Assembly: GCA_964016885.1 (NCBI GenBank) | Contig: OZ024740.1 | Coordinates: 49,848,001 to 49,912,000 of the forward strand | DNA length: 64,000 nucleotides | DNA from: Eledone cirrhosa | Taxonomy: Eukaryota | Direction of reading: 5' to 3' | Part shown: positions 38,776 through 52,668 of the stretch, one piece after another | Layout of the letters: each line of letters opens with the position of its first letter | Position numbering within the stretch: the stretch's first letter is position 1 | Notes under the pieces: generated by a model | Databases searched by the model: none | The model's input: only the letters and a program-made list of their open reading frames with translations | What the model was told of the DNA's origin: nothing | Made by a program: the position numbers and the translations under genes

Positions 38776-39939
38776 GTTACTGGGAACTTTAACATCAATG
38801 GTGATGTGGATAGGCTATACTTCTCACGCAAGGAAGGTGGCCGGGGTCTAAAATCAATATTAACAACATATGAGACCCGGATAGTAACACTGAAGCAACA
38901 CCTTCAACAGAGGAAAAAGGTTGGCGACCATCTTGCTCAGGTTTATGAGCATGAAAAAAGAAATATCATTAGAATAGCGACTGATCTGGAGGAGAGATAT
39001 GGAATAAAGCCTGATATAAATCTCTCACCCAGAGAAATCGGAAGATCCTATTCAATGTTCAAACAAGAAAAAAAAATTGACCAATTTACAGAGAAAGTTG
39101 TGCATGGATACTTGAGGCGTAAAACACAGACCATAGAGGGGATAAACCACTCAAAAAGCCTGGCATGGAGTTCCGACAAGTTTATGACATCACACCTTGA
39201 GGGATATCTCTATGCAATACAGGAACAAGAACTCCCTACCAAATATCTGCTGCACAAAAGAGGAGGGCCAGCAGCTGACAATAAATGTAGGCTATGTAAA
39301 ACAAAGATCGAGGATGTAAGCCACATTGTTGCCAGCTGCGAAAGAATGTCATCTCGCTACTACCTCCCCATGAGACACGATGGGATAGCTAGAACTATCT
39401 GGAACGCACTTCGGAAAACAAAATTAACAACAAACGAGGAAGAATATATTGAGACAGATGGCACTAAGGAATACTGGTGGAACCTGAAAATAAAATCTGC
39501 CACCAAATTAAAGCACAACCGGCCTGATATTGTAGTTTGGGACCACACATTGAAAACGTGTTCTGTTGTGGAGATCAGCTGCCCACTTGATGTAAACGTT
39601 GTCAGAAAAATACAGGAGAAGGAGGACATCTACGGACCATTGATGAGGAGCTTACAAATCCAGTATCCAAGATACACCTTTAGCTTCATACCCATCATTA
39701 TTGGTGCTACGGGTTATATACCAACCCGCTTGGACCAAAGTATGACCGAACTTGGATTTGCGGACAAAAAGCGCAGCTCCCTAATTCATAGTCTACAAAT
39801 GGCTGCGATAGCTGGCACCTTCAAAATATGCAAAACATTCTTGCGATTCAAGGGATGACAATTTCTTTTCTTTTACAACCTTGCCACCAGGAAGGTGGCC
39901 GGTCAAAAAAATATACTCGAAATTAAGAGAAAGAGAAAA
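38776..39939 (+). mobile_element. RLE non-LTR element (family C2) 3' 1.2 kb, frame intact, flanked by (CATA)n
   Basis: DRLYFSRKEGGRGL..CRLC..EDVSHIVASC..RHD..HNRPDIVVWD..VEISCP..K..IY; stop at 39856-39858. Confidence 0.88.
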
Positions 39940-41003
39940 CATACATACATACATACATGCATGAATACATACATACATACATACATACATACATACATAC
40001 ATACATACATACATACATACATACATACATACATACATACGTACGTACATATACACATTCATAAACATATACTTATACATATAATAATTTGACTTAGTCT
40101 CGCATTACTTTAAGTTTCTTAGACATGAAGATATACAATTAACTCATACAAACCGACATGCTATTATTGCCAATGATAAGAAGCATTGTTCTGTTGCTCA
40201 TACCAAAAACACCCAAGGACCTAAAACAGTATTCAAACTTTGGAAAATGAGAAATACTCGTGGAATATTCTAATAAAAACATTATTAGACACACAGCACA
40301 CCTAATATTGTTTCCTGGGACAGGAACCAGCGAATATGAATGTTTTGTCTGAAAATTGAAAACCGAAAATATTTATAAACAAATGCGAAATTTAAAACTC
40401 TAGTATCCTGTCCGTATATTCTTATTTTCATATTATCGAAGCTATAGTAATCTACGTGAAAATATATTTACATAAACGACTGAAAATGTTTAAATGATAC
40501 AGGGAAAATATGTAAAACCTTCCAGAGAGTCTGCATTTGATTTCTTGTAGTACACATTTACATACCATCACATATATTAATACTTAATATATATAATTGT
40601 TTCTACTTTTGGCACAAGGCCAGCAATTACCCAGGGCATAACTGGTACTTTATTTTATCGACCCCGTAAAGATGAAAGGCAAAGTTAACCTCAAGACGGC
40701 TACATTGTTAGACGCTAGGGCTCACGATCGTAAAGTTGTGATTTTGATTCTTGGTGACACGTTGTGTCCTTGAGAAAGAGACTTTATTTAACATTGCTCC
40801 AGTCCATTCAGATAATAAAAATATGTTGTACCTTTAATTGATAGGACCAGACATGTCACACATACGCCGCAGAATCTTCCTGAGAAAAAAATTAAGAGTA
40901 CATGTGTCTGTAGATTGCTGAGTCACTTGCAGATTAATTTCACAAGCTGGCTGTTCCCTTCATCGAATCAACTAGAGCATTAGTCGTCGGAAGTGACAAT
41001 GGT

Positions 41004-41007
<4 letters not shown>

Positions 41008-41046
<39 letters not shown>

Positions 41047-44000
41047 ACTCACACACACACACTCACACATACACACATACACACACTCTCACACACACAC
41101 ACTCACACACACACACACCACACACCACACAAATACACACACACATTCACCCCCCCCCCACACACACACACCACACACACCACACACACACCACAAACAA
41201 ACACACACACCACAAACAAACACACACACCACACCAGGCACACACACCACACACAAACACACACACCACACACACAGCACACCACACACCACACACATAC
41301 CACACCACACACACCACACACATACCACACCACACACACACCACACACACCACACCACACCACACACATACCACACACACACCACACACATACCACACCA
41401 CACACCACACGCATACCACAGCACACACCACACACATACCACACCAAACCACACACATACCACACCACACACCACACACATACCACACACCACACACATA
41501 CCACACCACACACCACACACATACCACACTACACACCACACACATACCACACCACACACATACCACACCACACACCACACACATACCACACACCACACAC
41601 ATACCACACCACACACCACACACATACCACACCACACACCACACACATACCACACCACACACCACACACATACCACACACCACACACATACCACACCACA
41701 CACCACACACCACACACATACCACACACATACCACACCACACACCACACACATACCACACCACACACCACACACATACCTCACACCACACACACCACACC
41801 ACACCACACACCACACACATACCACACCACACGCCACACTCATACCACACCACACACCACACTCATGCCACACCACACCACACACATACCACACCACACC
41901 ACACACATACCACAGCACACACCACACACATACCACAGCACACACCACACACATACCACACCACACACCACACCACACACCACACACATACCACACCACA
42001 CACATACCACACCACACACATACCACACACCACACACATACCACACCACACACCACACACATACCACACACCACACACCACACACATACCACACACCACA
42101 CACATATCACAGCACACACCACACACATACCACACACCACACACATACCACACCACACACCACACACATACCACACCACACACCACACACATACCACACA
42201 CCACACACATACCACAGCACACACCATACACATACCACACCACACACCACACACACATACCACACCACACACATACCACACCACATACCACACCACACAC
42301 CACACACATACCACACCACACACCACACATACCACACCACACACCACACCACACCACATACCACACCACACTCATACCACACCACACACCACACACCACA
42401 CACATACCACACCACACACCATACACATACCACACCACACACCACACACATACCACACCACACACCATACACATACCACACCACACCACACACCACACCA
42501 CATACCACACCACACACCATACACCATACCACACCACACACCATACCACACCACACACCACACACATACCACACCACACACCACACACACATACCACAGC
42601 ACACACACACCACACACATACCACACCACACACCACACCACATACCACACCACACACCACACACATACCACACCACACACGACACACCACACACATACCA
42701 CACCACACACATACCACACCACACACCACACCACACACATACCACACCACACACACACCACATACCACACCACATACCACACACATACCACACCACACCA
42801 CACCACACCACATACCACACCACACACCACACACATACCACACCACACACCACACACCACACACACACCACAAACAAACACACACACCACAAACAAACAC
42901 ACACACCACACCAGACACACACACCACACACAAACACACACACCACACACACAGCACACCACACACCACACACATACCACACCACACACACCACACACAT
43001 ACCACACCACACACACACCACACACACCACACCACACCACACACATACCACACACACACCACACACATACCACACCACACACCACACACATACCACAGCA
43101 CACACCACACACATACCACACCAAACCACACACATACCACACCACACACCACACACATACCACACACCACACACATACCACACCACACACCACACACATA
43201 CCACACCACACACCACACACATACCACACACCACACACATACCACACCACACACCACACACATACCACACACCACACACATACCACACCACACCCCACAC
43301 ACATACCACACACATACCACACCACACACCACACACATACCACACCACACACCACACACATACCTCACACCACACACACCACACCACACCACACACCACA
43401 CACATACCACACCACACACCACACTCATACCACACCACACACCACACTCATACCACACCACACCACACACATACCACACCACACCACACACATACCACAG
43501 CACACACCACACACATACCACAGCACACACCACACACATACCACACCACACACCACACACATACCACACCACACACCACACACATACCACACCACACACA
43601 TACCACACCACACACATACCACACACCACACACATACCACACCACACACCACACACATACCACACACCACACACATACCACACCACACACCACACACATA
43701 CCACACACCACACACATATCACAGCACACACCACACACATACCACACACCACACACATACCACACCACACACCACACACATACCACACCACACACCACAC
43801 ACATACCACACACCACACACATACCACAGCACACACCATACACATACCACACCACACACCACACACACATACCACACCACACACATACCACACCACATAC
43901 CACACCACACACCACACACATACCACACCACACACCACACATACCACACCACACACCACACCATATACCACACCACACTCATACCACACCACACACCACA

Positions 44001-44488
44001 CACCACACACATACCACACCACACACCATACACATACCACACCACACACCATACACATACCACACCACACACCACACACATACCACACCACACACCATAC
44101 ACATACCACACCACACCACACACCACACCACATACCACACCACACACCATACACCATACCACACCACACACCATACCACACCACACACCACACACATACC
44201 ACACCACACACCACACACACATACCACACCACACACACACCACACACATACCACACCACACACCACACCACATACCACACCACACACCACACACATACCA
44301 CACACACGCCACACACACACCATACACATACCACACACCACACACATACCACACACCACACTCATACCACACCACACACCATACACATACCACACCACAC
44401 ACCACACACATACCATACCACACACCACACCACACACATACCACACACCACACCACACACATAACATACCACACACCACACCACACAC
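41008..44488. repeat. 3.5-kb degenerate CA-rich minisatellite (CACAC/ATACCAC units) with higher-order duplication
   Basis: The landmark CACAAACAAACACACACACCACAAACAAAC..ACCAG occurs at about 41192 and 42869. Confidence 0.85.
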
Positions 44489-44846
44489 TTAAACACTCAT
44501 AGGGAATGGAATTGACGGTCGCCGCTTCTAATTGTTCAGACAAAGAAACAGCGTGCTCATGGATTAAAGTGAAAGTGGCTGAGTATTCCATAGACTTGTA
44601 ATTCTCAGAGAGATTCAGCGTAACAGTATGTAATATAAGTGGCCTTTTTAATTATTCGTATAGTCCATTCGAAGGGCCTCAAATATTTTCTGCCTTCCCA
44701 ATTTCACTGCAAATAAAGATCAACCTGAGACTGACCATAAAACATATTTGACCAATACGCCATAGAGTGGGGTTGAACCAGGAATTTAATGTTACGAAAC
44801 GAACGTTTAAACTATTTGGTCATGTTGCGTCCCCGTAGCACATATA

Positions 44847-44907
<61 letters not shown>

Positions 44908-45043
44908 ACGTACATACATATATGTATACAGACGTACAGTAGTATGTATACATATATGTATGTACGTATACATACATACATACTTACATTTAAGTAAATG
45001 CCGTACTAAGAGTGAGAAATGAAATTTCGTTTCATTCTATTGC

Positions 45044-45127
<84 letters not shown>

Positions 45128-45239
45128 CAAGTTCAGCCATCCCCACCCTGCACCCACTGCTATGATAGACATTTCTGTGTCCGTTACAAATTTTGACCAA
45201 CCCCCTTGACAACTACAATCTTTCCATATATGGAAGTAC

Positions 45240-45759
<520 letters not shown>

Positions 45760-46015
45760 ACGTCACGAGATACATAAATGTGTATACTACATATATCCAC
45801 ATTCATATATATATTCCACATATATATATATATATATATTTATGTGTGCGTGTGTACAGGATAAACACACACAGACACATATATGCATCAATAATTTATG
45901 GTTTAAATAGATTTCAGATAACAATTTTATGAATATTAAAAATATTCAGATTTTCAAGAAAATCATTCATCATTTAACAATATTTTTTATCTTCTTCCTG
46001 GCTGAATACAGTGTC

Positions 46016-46053
<38 letters not shown>

Positions 46054-46166
46054 TATGTATTAGAGAGTGTGAGTGTGTGCATCAGTGTCCAAATATCTGC
46101 CTTGGGTTTTATGTTTTATGCGTAAATCAATCGGTTTATGTATGAATCTGCTTATATTTAACTCGA

Positions 46167-46224
<58 letters not shown>

Positions 46225-46228
<4 letters not shown>

Positions 46229-46300
46229 AATGGATTCTACAGGACTAAAACTTTTTCATTCGGGAGAAATCATCTGGAAGCCCTGATGATTTCTCTCGAT
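46225..46300 (-). mobile_element. Family H2 hammerhead fragment
   Basis: Minus strand CAGATGA-tttctcccgaat-GAAA..AGTCCTGTAG, with a short inverted CTGATGATTTC piece at 46283. Confidence 0.55.
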
Positions 46301-46352
46301 TAGTATATATCTCGTTGGAGGTATATCTCGTTGGAGGTGTCTTGGGTGATTT

Positions 46353-47035
46353 AATGATAGGGACCCCAGTCCTATCATCTCATTTATACAGCAGAGTAAA
46401 CTGGAGCAATGTGAAATAAAGTGTCTTGCTCAAGGAAACAACACATCACCCGGTCCGAATTGAATTCACAACCTTTCGATTGCAAGCCCAATATTCTAAC
46501 CACTACGCCATGCGCCTTCACGGACTAATATATTACACCATAATTTCTGGTCAATCCAAGGCTTGTGTGTGGAATTGGGTCGATTCCGCTGGGGAATTAT
46601 GTTAAGTGTACAAGTATCAGTGAAATACTCAGTCATTTTGAAAACTAATTCAATGTATAGCTTCCATACATAATTCTCGACGGAAGTGTTCATTATATAT
46701 ATAGGCACATGGCTTAGTGGTTAGAGCATTGGTCTTGCAATCGAAAGGTTGTGAGTTCAATTCTCAGACCGGGTGATGTGTTGTTTCCTTGAGCAAGACA
46801 CTTTATTTCACATTGCTCCAGTTTACTCAGCTGTAGAAATGAGATGATAGGACTGGGGTCCCTATCATTCCACTGCAAAGTGGTCGTGGAGGTGCCACGG
46901 CAAAAAAGCACCCAGCACTCACTGTAAATGAGGTTGGTGTTAGGAAGGGCATCCAGCTGTAGAAATCAAGCCAGAATCAGTTCCCGTCCCACCCTTGCAA
47001 GCAGGGAAAAAGCGGACGTAAAATGAAATGATGAA
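46353..47035. mobile_element. Divergently oriented pair of tRNA-derived SINEs (46353-46520 minus; 46705-47035 plus)
   Basis: A box TGGCTTAGTGG, B box GAGTTCAATTC, body CTTGAGCAAGACACTTTATTTCACATTGCTCCAGT. Confidence 0.75.
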
Positions 47036-47059
47036 AAAAAATGATGATATATATATAAT

Positions 47060-47245
47060 AATTGTTTCTACTTTTGGCACAAGGCCAACAATTACCCAGT
47101 GAATTACTGGTACTTTATTTTATCAACCTTGTAAGGATGAAAGGCAAAGTTAACCTCGGCGGGATTTGAACTCAGAATGGCAAGGGCCGTAACTCTATGC
47201 GTCAAAGCATGGCGTCCGACCCTCTGCCGATACTGCCAATCCACA
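47060..47245 (-). mobile_element. tRNA-head SINE
   Basis: Reverse complement of the 5590 family. Confidence 0.75.
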
Positions 47246-47523
47246 ATAATAGGGTTAAAGTATCCTAGGAGAGGATGAAGCGGAAAGATACACGTGTAAG
47301 AGCTATGTAAAGAAATGTTTTACGGCTTGTAACTCTTTCATTCACTCATTCATTTGCTTATATATATATATATACTTCCTTCGGACTTGCGCCTGCGCAG
47401 ACCGGTGGGGGTGAATTGGAACTCACAAGGGAACGGGTGAAGAACCCAAGAACACACGCTTTGTCCGTTCCCATGTCGATTCAATTTGGATTGCCTCGGA
47501 AACATAACCTTATTATGTAACAA

Positions 47524-47596
47524 GCTGTCTGATGATGTCACGGCACTGGGCGCACCGAACCGTGTGGCCACTGTCGCCATTGAAATATGTATCAGC
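47524..47596 (+). ncRNA. Hammerhead ribozyme with extended stem II
   Basis: GCTG-t-CTGATGA (47529); stem II cggca/tgtcg, tgg/cca, cgcac/gtgtg; GAAA (47582)-tatg-TA-t-CAGC. Confidence 0.65.
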
Positions 47597-47643
47597 ATTA
47601 TTATTAAAGGAGTTTAACATCTGAAATTACTTCGCTTTCTTAT

Positions 47644-47745
<102 letters not shown>

Positions 47746-47751
47746 AGTTTA

Positions 47752-47860
47752 TCCCGGGTTCAATCGGGGGTAACCACAATAAGTACGGTACTCAATACAA
47801 TCAGGACTTCCTGATAATTTCTCCCGAATGAAACAGTTCTAGTCCTATAGATGCCATTTC
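47752..47860. mobile_element. Family H2 copy with hammerhead (core G to A variant)
   Basis: AGGACT-tc-CTGATAA-tttctcccgaat-GAAA-cagt-TC-t-AGTCCT at 47803-47846, preceded by the inverted tail. Confidence 0.65.
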
Positions 47861-48224
47861 TATATATATATATATATGGGGGGGGGGGTTGTGTGTGCGT
47901 GTCTGTGTGTGTGTTTATGTGTGTGCGTGTGTTTGTTTGTGTGTGTGTATGTGTGTGTGTGTGTGTGTGTGTGTTTGTGTGTGTGCATGTATGTGTGTGG
48001 GTGTGTGTGTATGAGTGTGTATGAGTGTGTTTGTGTATGTGTGTGTACGTGTGTTTGTGTGTGTATGTGTGTGTGTTTGTGTTTGTGCGTGTGTGTGTGT
48101 GTGTTTTTGTGTTTATGCGTGTGTGTATGTTTGTGTGTGAGTGTGGGTGTGTGTTTGTGTGTATGTGTGTGTGTGTATGTGTGTGTGTGTTTGTGTTTGT
48201 GTGTGTATGTTTGCGTGTGTGTGT

Positions 48225-48365
48225 GTGTGTGAGCTTACGATTATTTTTCGTTTCTATCTCGTAATTTAGCAATTCAACAGAGATCGATCGTTAAAATAAG
48301 TGTCAGACTTGAAATAAAAGTACTGGGTTTCGTATGATCGATTATATTCCACCATAGAATAAGAG

Positions 48366-48455
<90 letters not shown>

Positions 48456-48600
48456 CTCTTATTCTATGGTGGAATATAATCGATCATACGAAACCCAGTA
48501 CTTTTATTTCAAGTCTGACACTTATTTTAACGATCGATCTCTGTTGAATTGCTAAATTACGAGATAGAAAAGAAAAATAATCGTAAGCTCACACACACAC
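48225..48600. repeat. Inverted duplication centred on (TA)n
   Basis: 48225-48372 is the reverse complement of 48448-48600 with about one mismatch. Confidence 0.85.
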
Positions 48601-48602
48601 AC

Positions 48603-48930
48603 ATATTCTCCTTATGTATGCATGCATGTATGTATGTATGTATCTATGTATCTATGCATGTTTGTATGTATATGTGTATGTATGTATGTATATATATCTA
48701 TGTATGTGTGTACATATTTTTGTATATATGAATGCATACACATACATATATATTATTTATAAGTACAGCTATGTATAATAGATTAAGCATGCATATACGT
48801 ATCAATGAATCCATGCGTGTATGTATGGTATGTCAAATATATATCTTGCTGCGCGATTGTATGTGTGTATAAAATAACAGTATGCATATACGCACAGAAT
48901 AAAAATATGTATGTGTATATATATATATAC

Positions 48931-48976
<46 letters not shown>

Positions 48977-49304
48977 GTATATATATATATACACATACAT
49001 ATTTTTATTCTGTGCGTATATGCATACTGTTATTTTATACACACATACAATCGCGCAGCAAGATATATATTTGACATACCATACATACACGCATGGATTC
49101 ATTGATACGTATATGCATGCTTAATCTATTATACATAGCTGTACTTATAAATAATATATATGTATGTGTATGCATTCATATATACAAAAATATGTACACA
49201 CATACATAGATATATATACATACATACATACACATATACATACAAACATGCATAGATACATAGATACATACATACATACATGCATGCATACATAAGGAGA
49301 ATAT
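48603..49304. repeat. ~700-bp palindrome centred on (TA)n
   Basis: The arms are reverse complements; the ORF track shows identical peptides on both strands (48783/48933, 48805/48833). Confidence 0.9.
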
Positions 49305-49815
49305 TTATGTAGAACTGATGAGGAAAAGGAGAATATTTATGCAGAACTGATGAAGAAAAGGAGAATATTTATGCAGAACTGATGAGAAATCTGCACATAT
49401 TCCACCGATTACACCTTCAGATTTATGCCTGTGATTATTGGGGTACTGGGATATGTTAGTAACTGCCTCAATACAAATCTCGAGAAGCTGGGCTTCACAG
49501 GAACAGAAAGAACACAACTAGTTAGGAAATTACTAGTACAATCCAATAATGGAACAGTAAAAATATGTAAAGCATTCCAAAAATGTTGCATCTAATAACT
49601 GTACATGTACAGATACTAAACATATACACATGCACACATACAACTCAAAACATACACATCCACACATACAATAACATCCATATCTACACATGCATGCAGA
49701 CATGCATACATATCTACTTAGTTGATGTGAAAATTCCAATGAGAGAGTCTTGTATCTATGTTAGAAACCGACTCTCTCTCTATTGGTAAAACTTTGTGAA
49801 ATTATAAAACCAGAA
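49294..49815 (+). mobile_element. RLE family C1 3' end, third copy
   Basis: Same C-terminus and 3' UTR as 35936; (CATA)n tail; triplicated 32-bp 5' junction. Confidence 0.85.
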
Positions 49816-49828
49816 CATACATACATAC

Positions 49829-50116
49829 ATGATGGCTGCCAACTCGTTTTCGAGTACGGCCACTACTTTATATCCATGTAGGAGAATCCCCACCGATGCG
49901 CTGAACGAGTGTGACTTTTTAGTCCAGCCAGCGACTTGAAAACTCTGGTACAAACACTACACTTGTGACAATTATTGACACATAGTGCTGGGCCCATGGT
50001 ACCATGTGACGACAAGTGCAGAGAGATCTCCAGATATAAAGCAATGCCTGTGCCGTGAAGCTTTTATAGTGAGCAAAGGCATTGCACAAAGCCAGTCCCA
50101 CTCTCTTAACCAAGAT
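49829..50116 (-). mobile_element. Element X, 5'-truncated copy
   Basis: Tail-to-tail with the C1 copy across a shared CATA tract. Confidence 0.85.
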
Positions 50117-51032
50117 ACATGCATACATACATACATACATACATACATACATACATACATACATACATACATACACACATACACACATATATACATACAC
50201 ACATACATACATACATACATACATATACGCACACACACACACACACATACATACATACATACATACATACATACATACATACATACATACATACATACAT
50301 ACATACATACATACACGTTTACCGTTTCTGGTTTGTTTTTATCAAATTACACTGACACACAAAAGAAATTATTATTATTATCATTTAATAAAGAAATAAT
50401 TCTAAGTGGTCTCTCAGCTATTGGAGTATTTTCAAACTGAATTCCAAGCTCTATTATTCAATCAGTTCTTTTCATCGCGTATTGAATAAAGAAACCTGCA
50501 CAAAATGAGTCATAAGATTGTAGAAAACATCTGTTCTATGATTTCTATACATAAAACATAGTTAAAAGTAAGATTTAAAAAACCAAAAGAATAGCCTATT
50601 TCAGCTACGCTCCATAGACAAGCTTGTAAAGATATGTTCACGAAGGATAGTTAGCAATGGCAGCTGCACCAGCCATTTCCCCTCCCATAGTCCGAAAAAT
50701 CGCAACCAGGTAACTGAAGAAGCCGGAAATCTTTTCGATAAGCATCAAATGGAAATCTATTCGTTAATGCCTAGTATTTATCGTGTTCCGCTCATCTGGG
50801 TTGCGGGTGGCAACACCCAGGCTTATGGCTGAAGTGATAAGCTTGGCACAGGGAAAAGGTATTACAATACATTCCAAACGAGTGACATACATCGGAATAT
50901 GGCCTCTGTGTGTGTGTAAACCACATAAATGTCGCTGTGTAACTATTGCTGATATGTATGAACTACAGCCGCTTTCTTTTTGCCACAATGCCGGAAATGT
51001 TCCTCATCACGCTGCATGGAAACTATCATTAT

Positions 51033-51250
51033 ATGGTGGATTGGCAGTATCAGTAGCGGGTCGGACGCCATATTTTGCAGCATAGAGTTACGGCTCTTTA
51101 TGATCTGAGTTCAAATCCCGCCGAGGTTAACTTTGCATTTCATCCTTACGGGGGTCAATAAAATAAAGTACCAGTCACGCACTGGGGTCGATTTAATCGA
51201 CTTTCCCTTCCCTCCAAATTACTGGCCTTATGCCTATATAAGAAACCATT
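51033..51250 (+). mobile_element. tRNA-head SINE
   Basis: GGTGGATTGGCAGTATCAGTAG..GAGTTCAAATCCCGCCGAGG. Confidence 0.75.
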
Positions 51251-51515
51251 ATATGTCTCGATGCTGCCAGATATCCGTCACAACTAGAGTCTTTTCTTCA
51301 CGTTTGCCACTGAGCAGGCGGACAATCAGAACTGAGAGAATTATGTTAAATATAGACATACAACCTTTTAGGAGTCACAGTATTACTCCGAGTACAACAC
51401 AGGTCAACTTTAAAACCCCTGCCACAAAGATTACAACATACATATATATATACAAACATACATACATACATACATACATACATACATACATACATACATA
51501 CATACATACATACAT

Positions 51516-52120
51516 ACGGTGGCTGCCAACTCGTTTTCGAGTACGGCCACTACTTTATATCCATGTAGGAGAACCCCTACCGATGCGCTGAACGAGTGAC
51601 TTTTTAGTCCAGCCAGCGACTTGAAAACTCTGGTACAAACACTACACTTGTGACAATTATTGACACATAGTGCTTTGCCTTTGGTACCATGTGACAAGTG
51701 CAGAGAGATCTCCAGATACAAAGCAATGCCTGTGCCGTGAAGCTTTTATAGTGAGCAAAGGCACTGCACAAAGCCAGTCCCACTCTCTTAACCAAGATGA
51801 TATTTACCAAAAAGAAGAACAAGTCAACATCATTGGATACCATCAGGGTTGCAGGTGTTATATCAGAGTTTTCCTTCTCCTAGAATTCTGCCTTGACAAA
51901 GGCTAAGGGGTCATCTCTCCCACTGATTTTGGATGGCCATTGACTCTTAAGAGCTCCTTTGCCCTTTGACAGGTTTTGTTTTTAGTCCTGCAGGATGTCC
52001 AAAGTCACCCTCCTCACCAAGAAACCTTGGTGGGGTTGCCAGTTTAGTCGCCAACGACCCGACCATGAGACAGGTTGTACTGGGATACATGTTACCAGTA
52101 GCACCAAGTGGTGACCTGAC
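51516..52120 (-). mobile_element. Element X, full-length copy
   Basis: Same ends as the 33100 copy, embedded in (TACA)n. Confidence 0.88.
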
Positions 52121-52158
52121 ATAAACATACATACATTCATACATACATACATATATAC

Positions 52159-52668
52159 ATGATAGCTGCAAACTTTGCTAAGAGTTTTGCAATCGCTTGT
52201 CAGATTACAGAAAATGGTGCACCTTTAGGCTACGGCCAGCCACCCGGACCTGTAACATAACCTGAACAAGCAATGCCTGTGCTTTGAAGGTTTTTTATGT
52301 GGAGAAAGGCCTTGCACTCGACTAATCCCACTCTCTGAGCATCGAAAACACTACGCGAAAAAGAGAACTCGTCAGCATCATCGGATGCTTCCGAAGCCGC
52401 AGGTTTCGTTGTTTTTTTTTCAGAGTTTCCCTCTCTTAGAAAGGTGTTGTGATAACAACTGGTGGCCTTTCACTCCCAGGTGAAAAAAAAGTACTATTTG
52501 GATGGCCGTTGACTCTGCTGAGTTCCTCCGCTCTTCGCAGAGTATCGAAATATCACCCTCCTCACCAAGCAAGCTTGGTGGGGTTGCCGATTTAGTCGCC
52601 GACGACCCGACCATGAGACAGGTGGTACTGGGTTACATGTTACCAGTAGCACACGAGAGTGATTTGAC
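52159..52668 (-). mobile_element. Element Y, diverged sister family of X
   Basis: Shares the 5' leader (GTGCTACTGGTAACATGTA..CATGGTCGGGTCG..GCGACTAAA) and internal motifs, but has a different 3' end GCAGCTATCAT-(GTAT)n. Confidence 0.75.

Noticed and set aside
40993-44502. 1169-aa His/Thr/Pro ORF and overlapping Cys/Val/Trp ORFs
   Set aside because: Translation of a stop-free CA-rich minisatellite; open in nearly all frames.
46705-46775. tRNA gene
   Set aside because: tRNA-like head continues into a SINE body; no complete cloverleaf or terminator.
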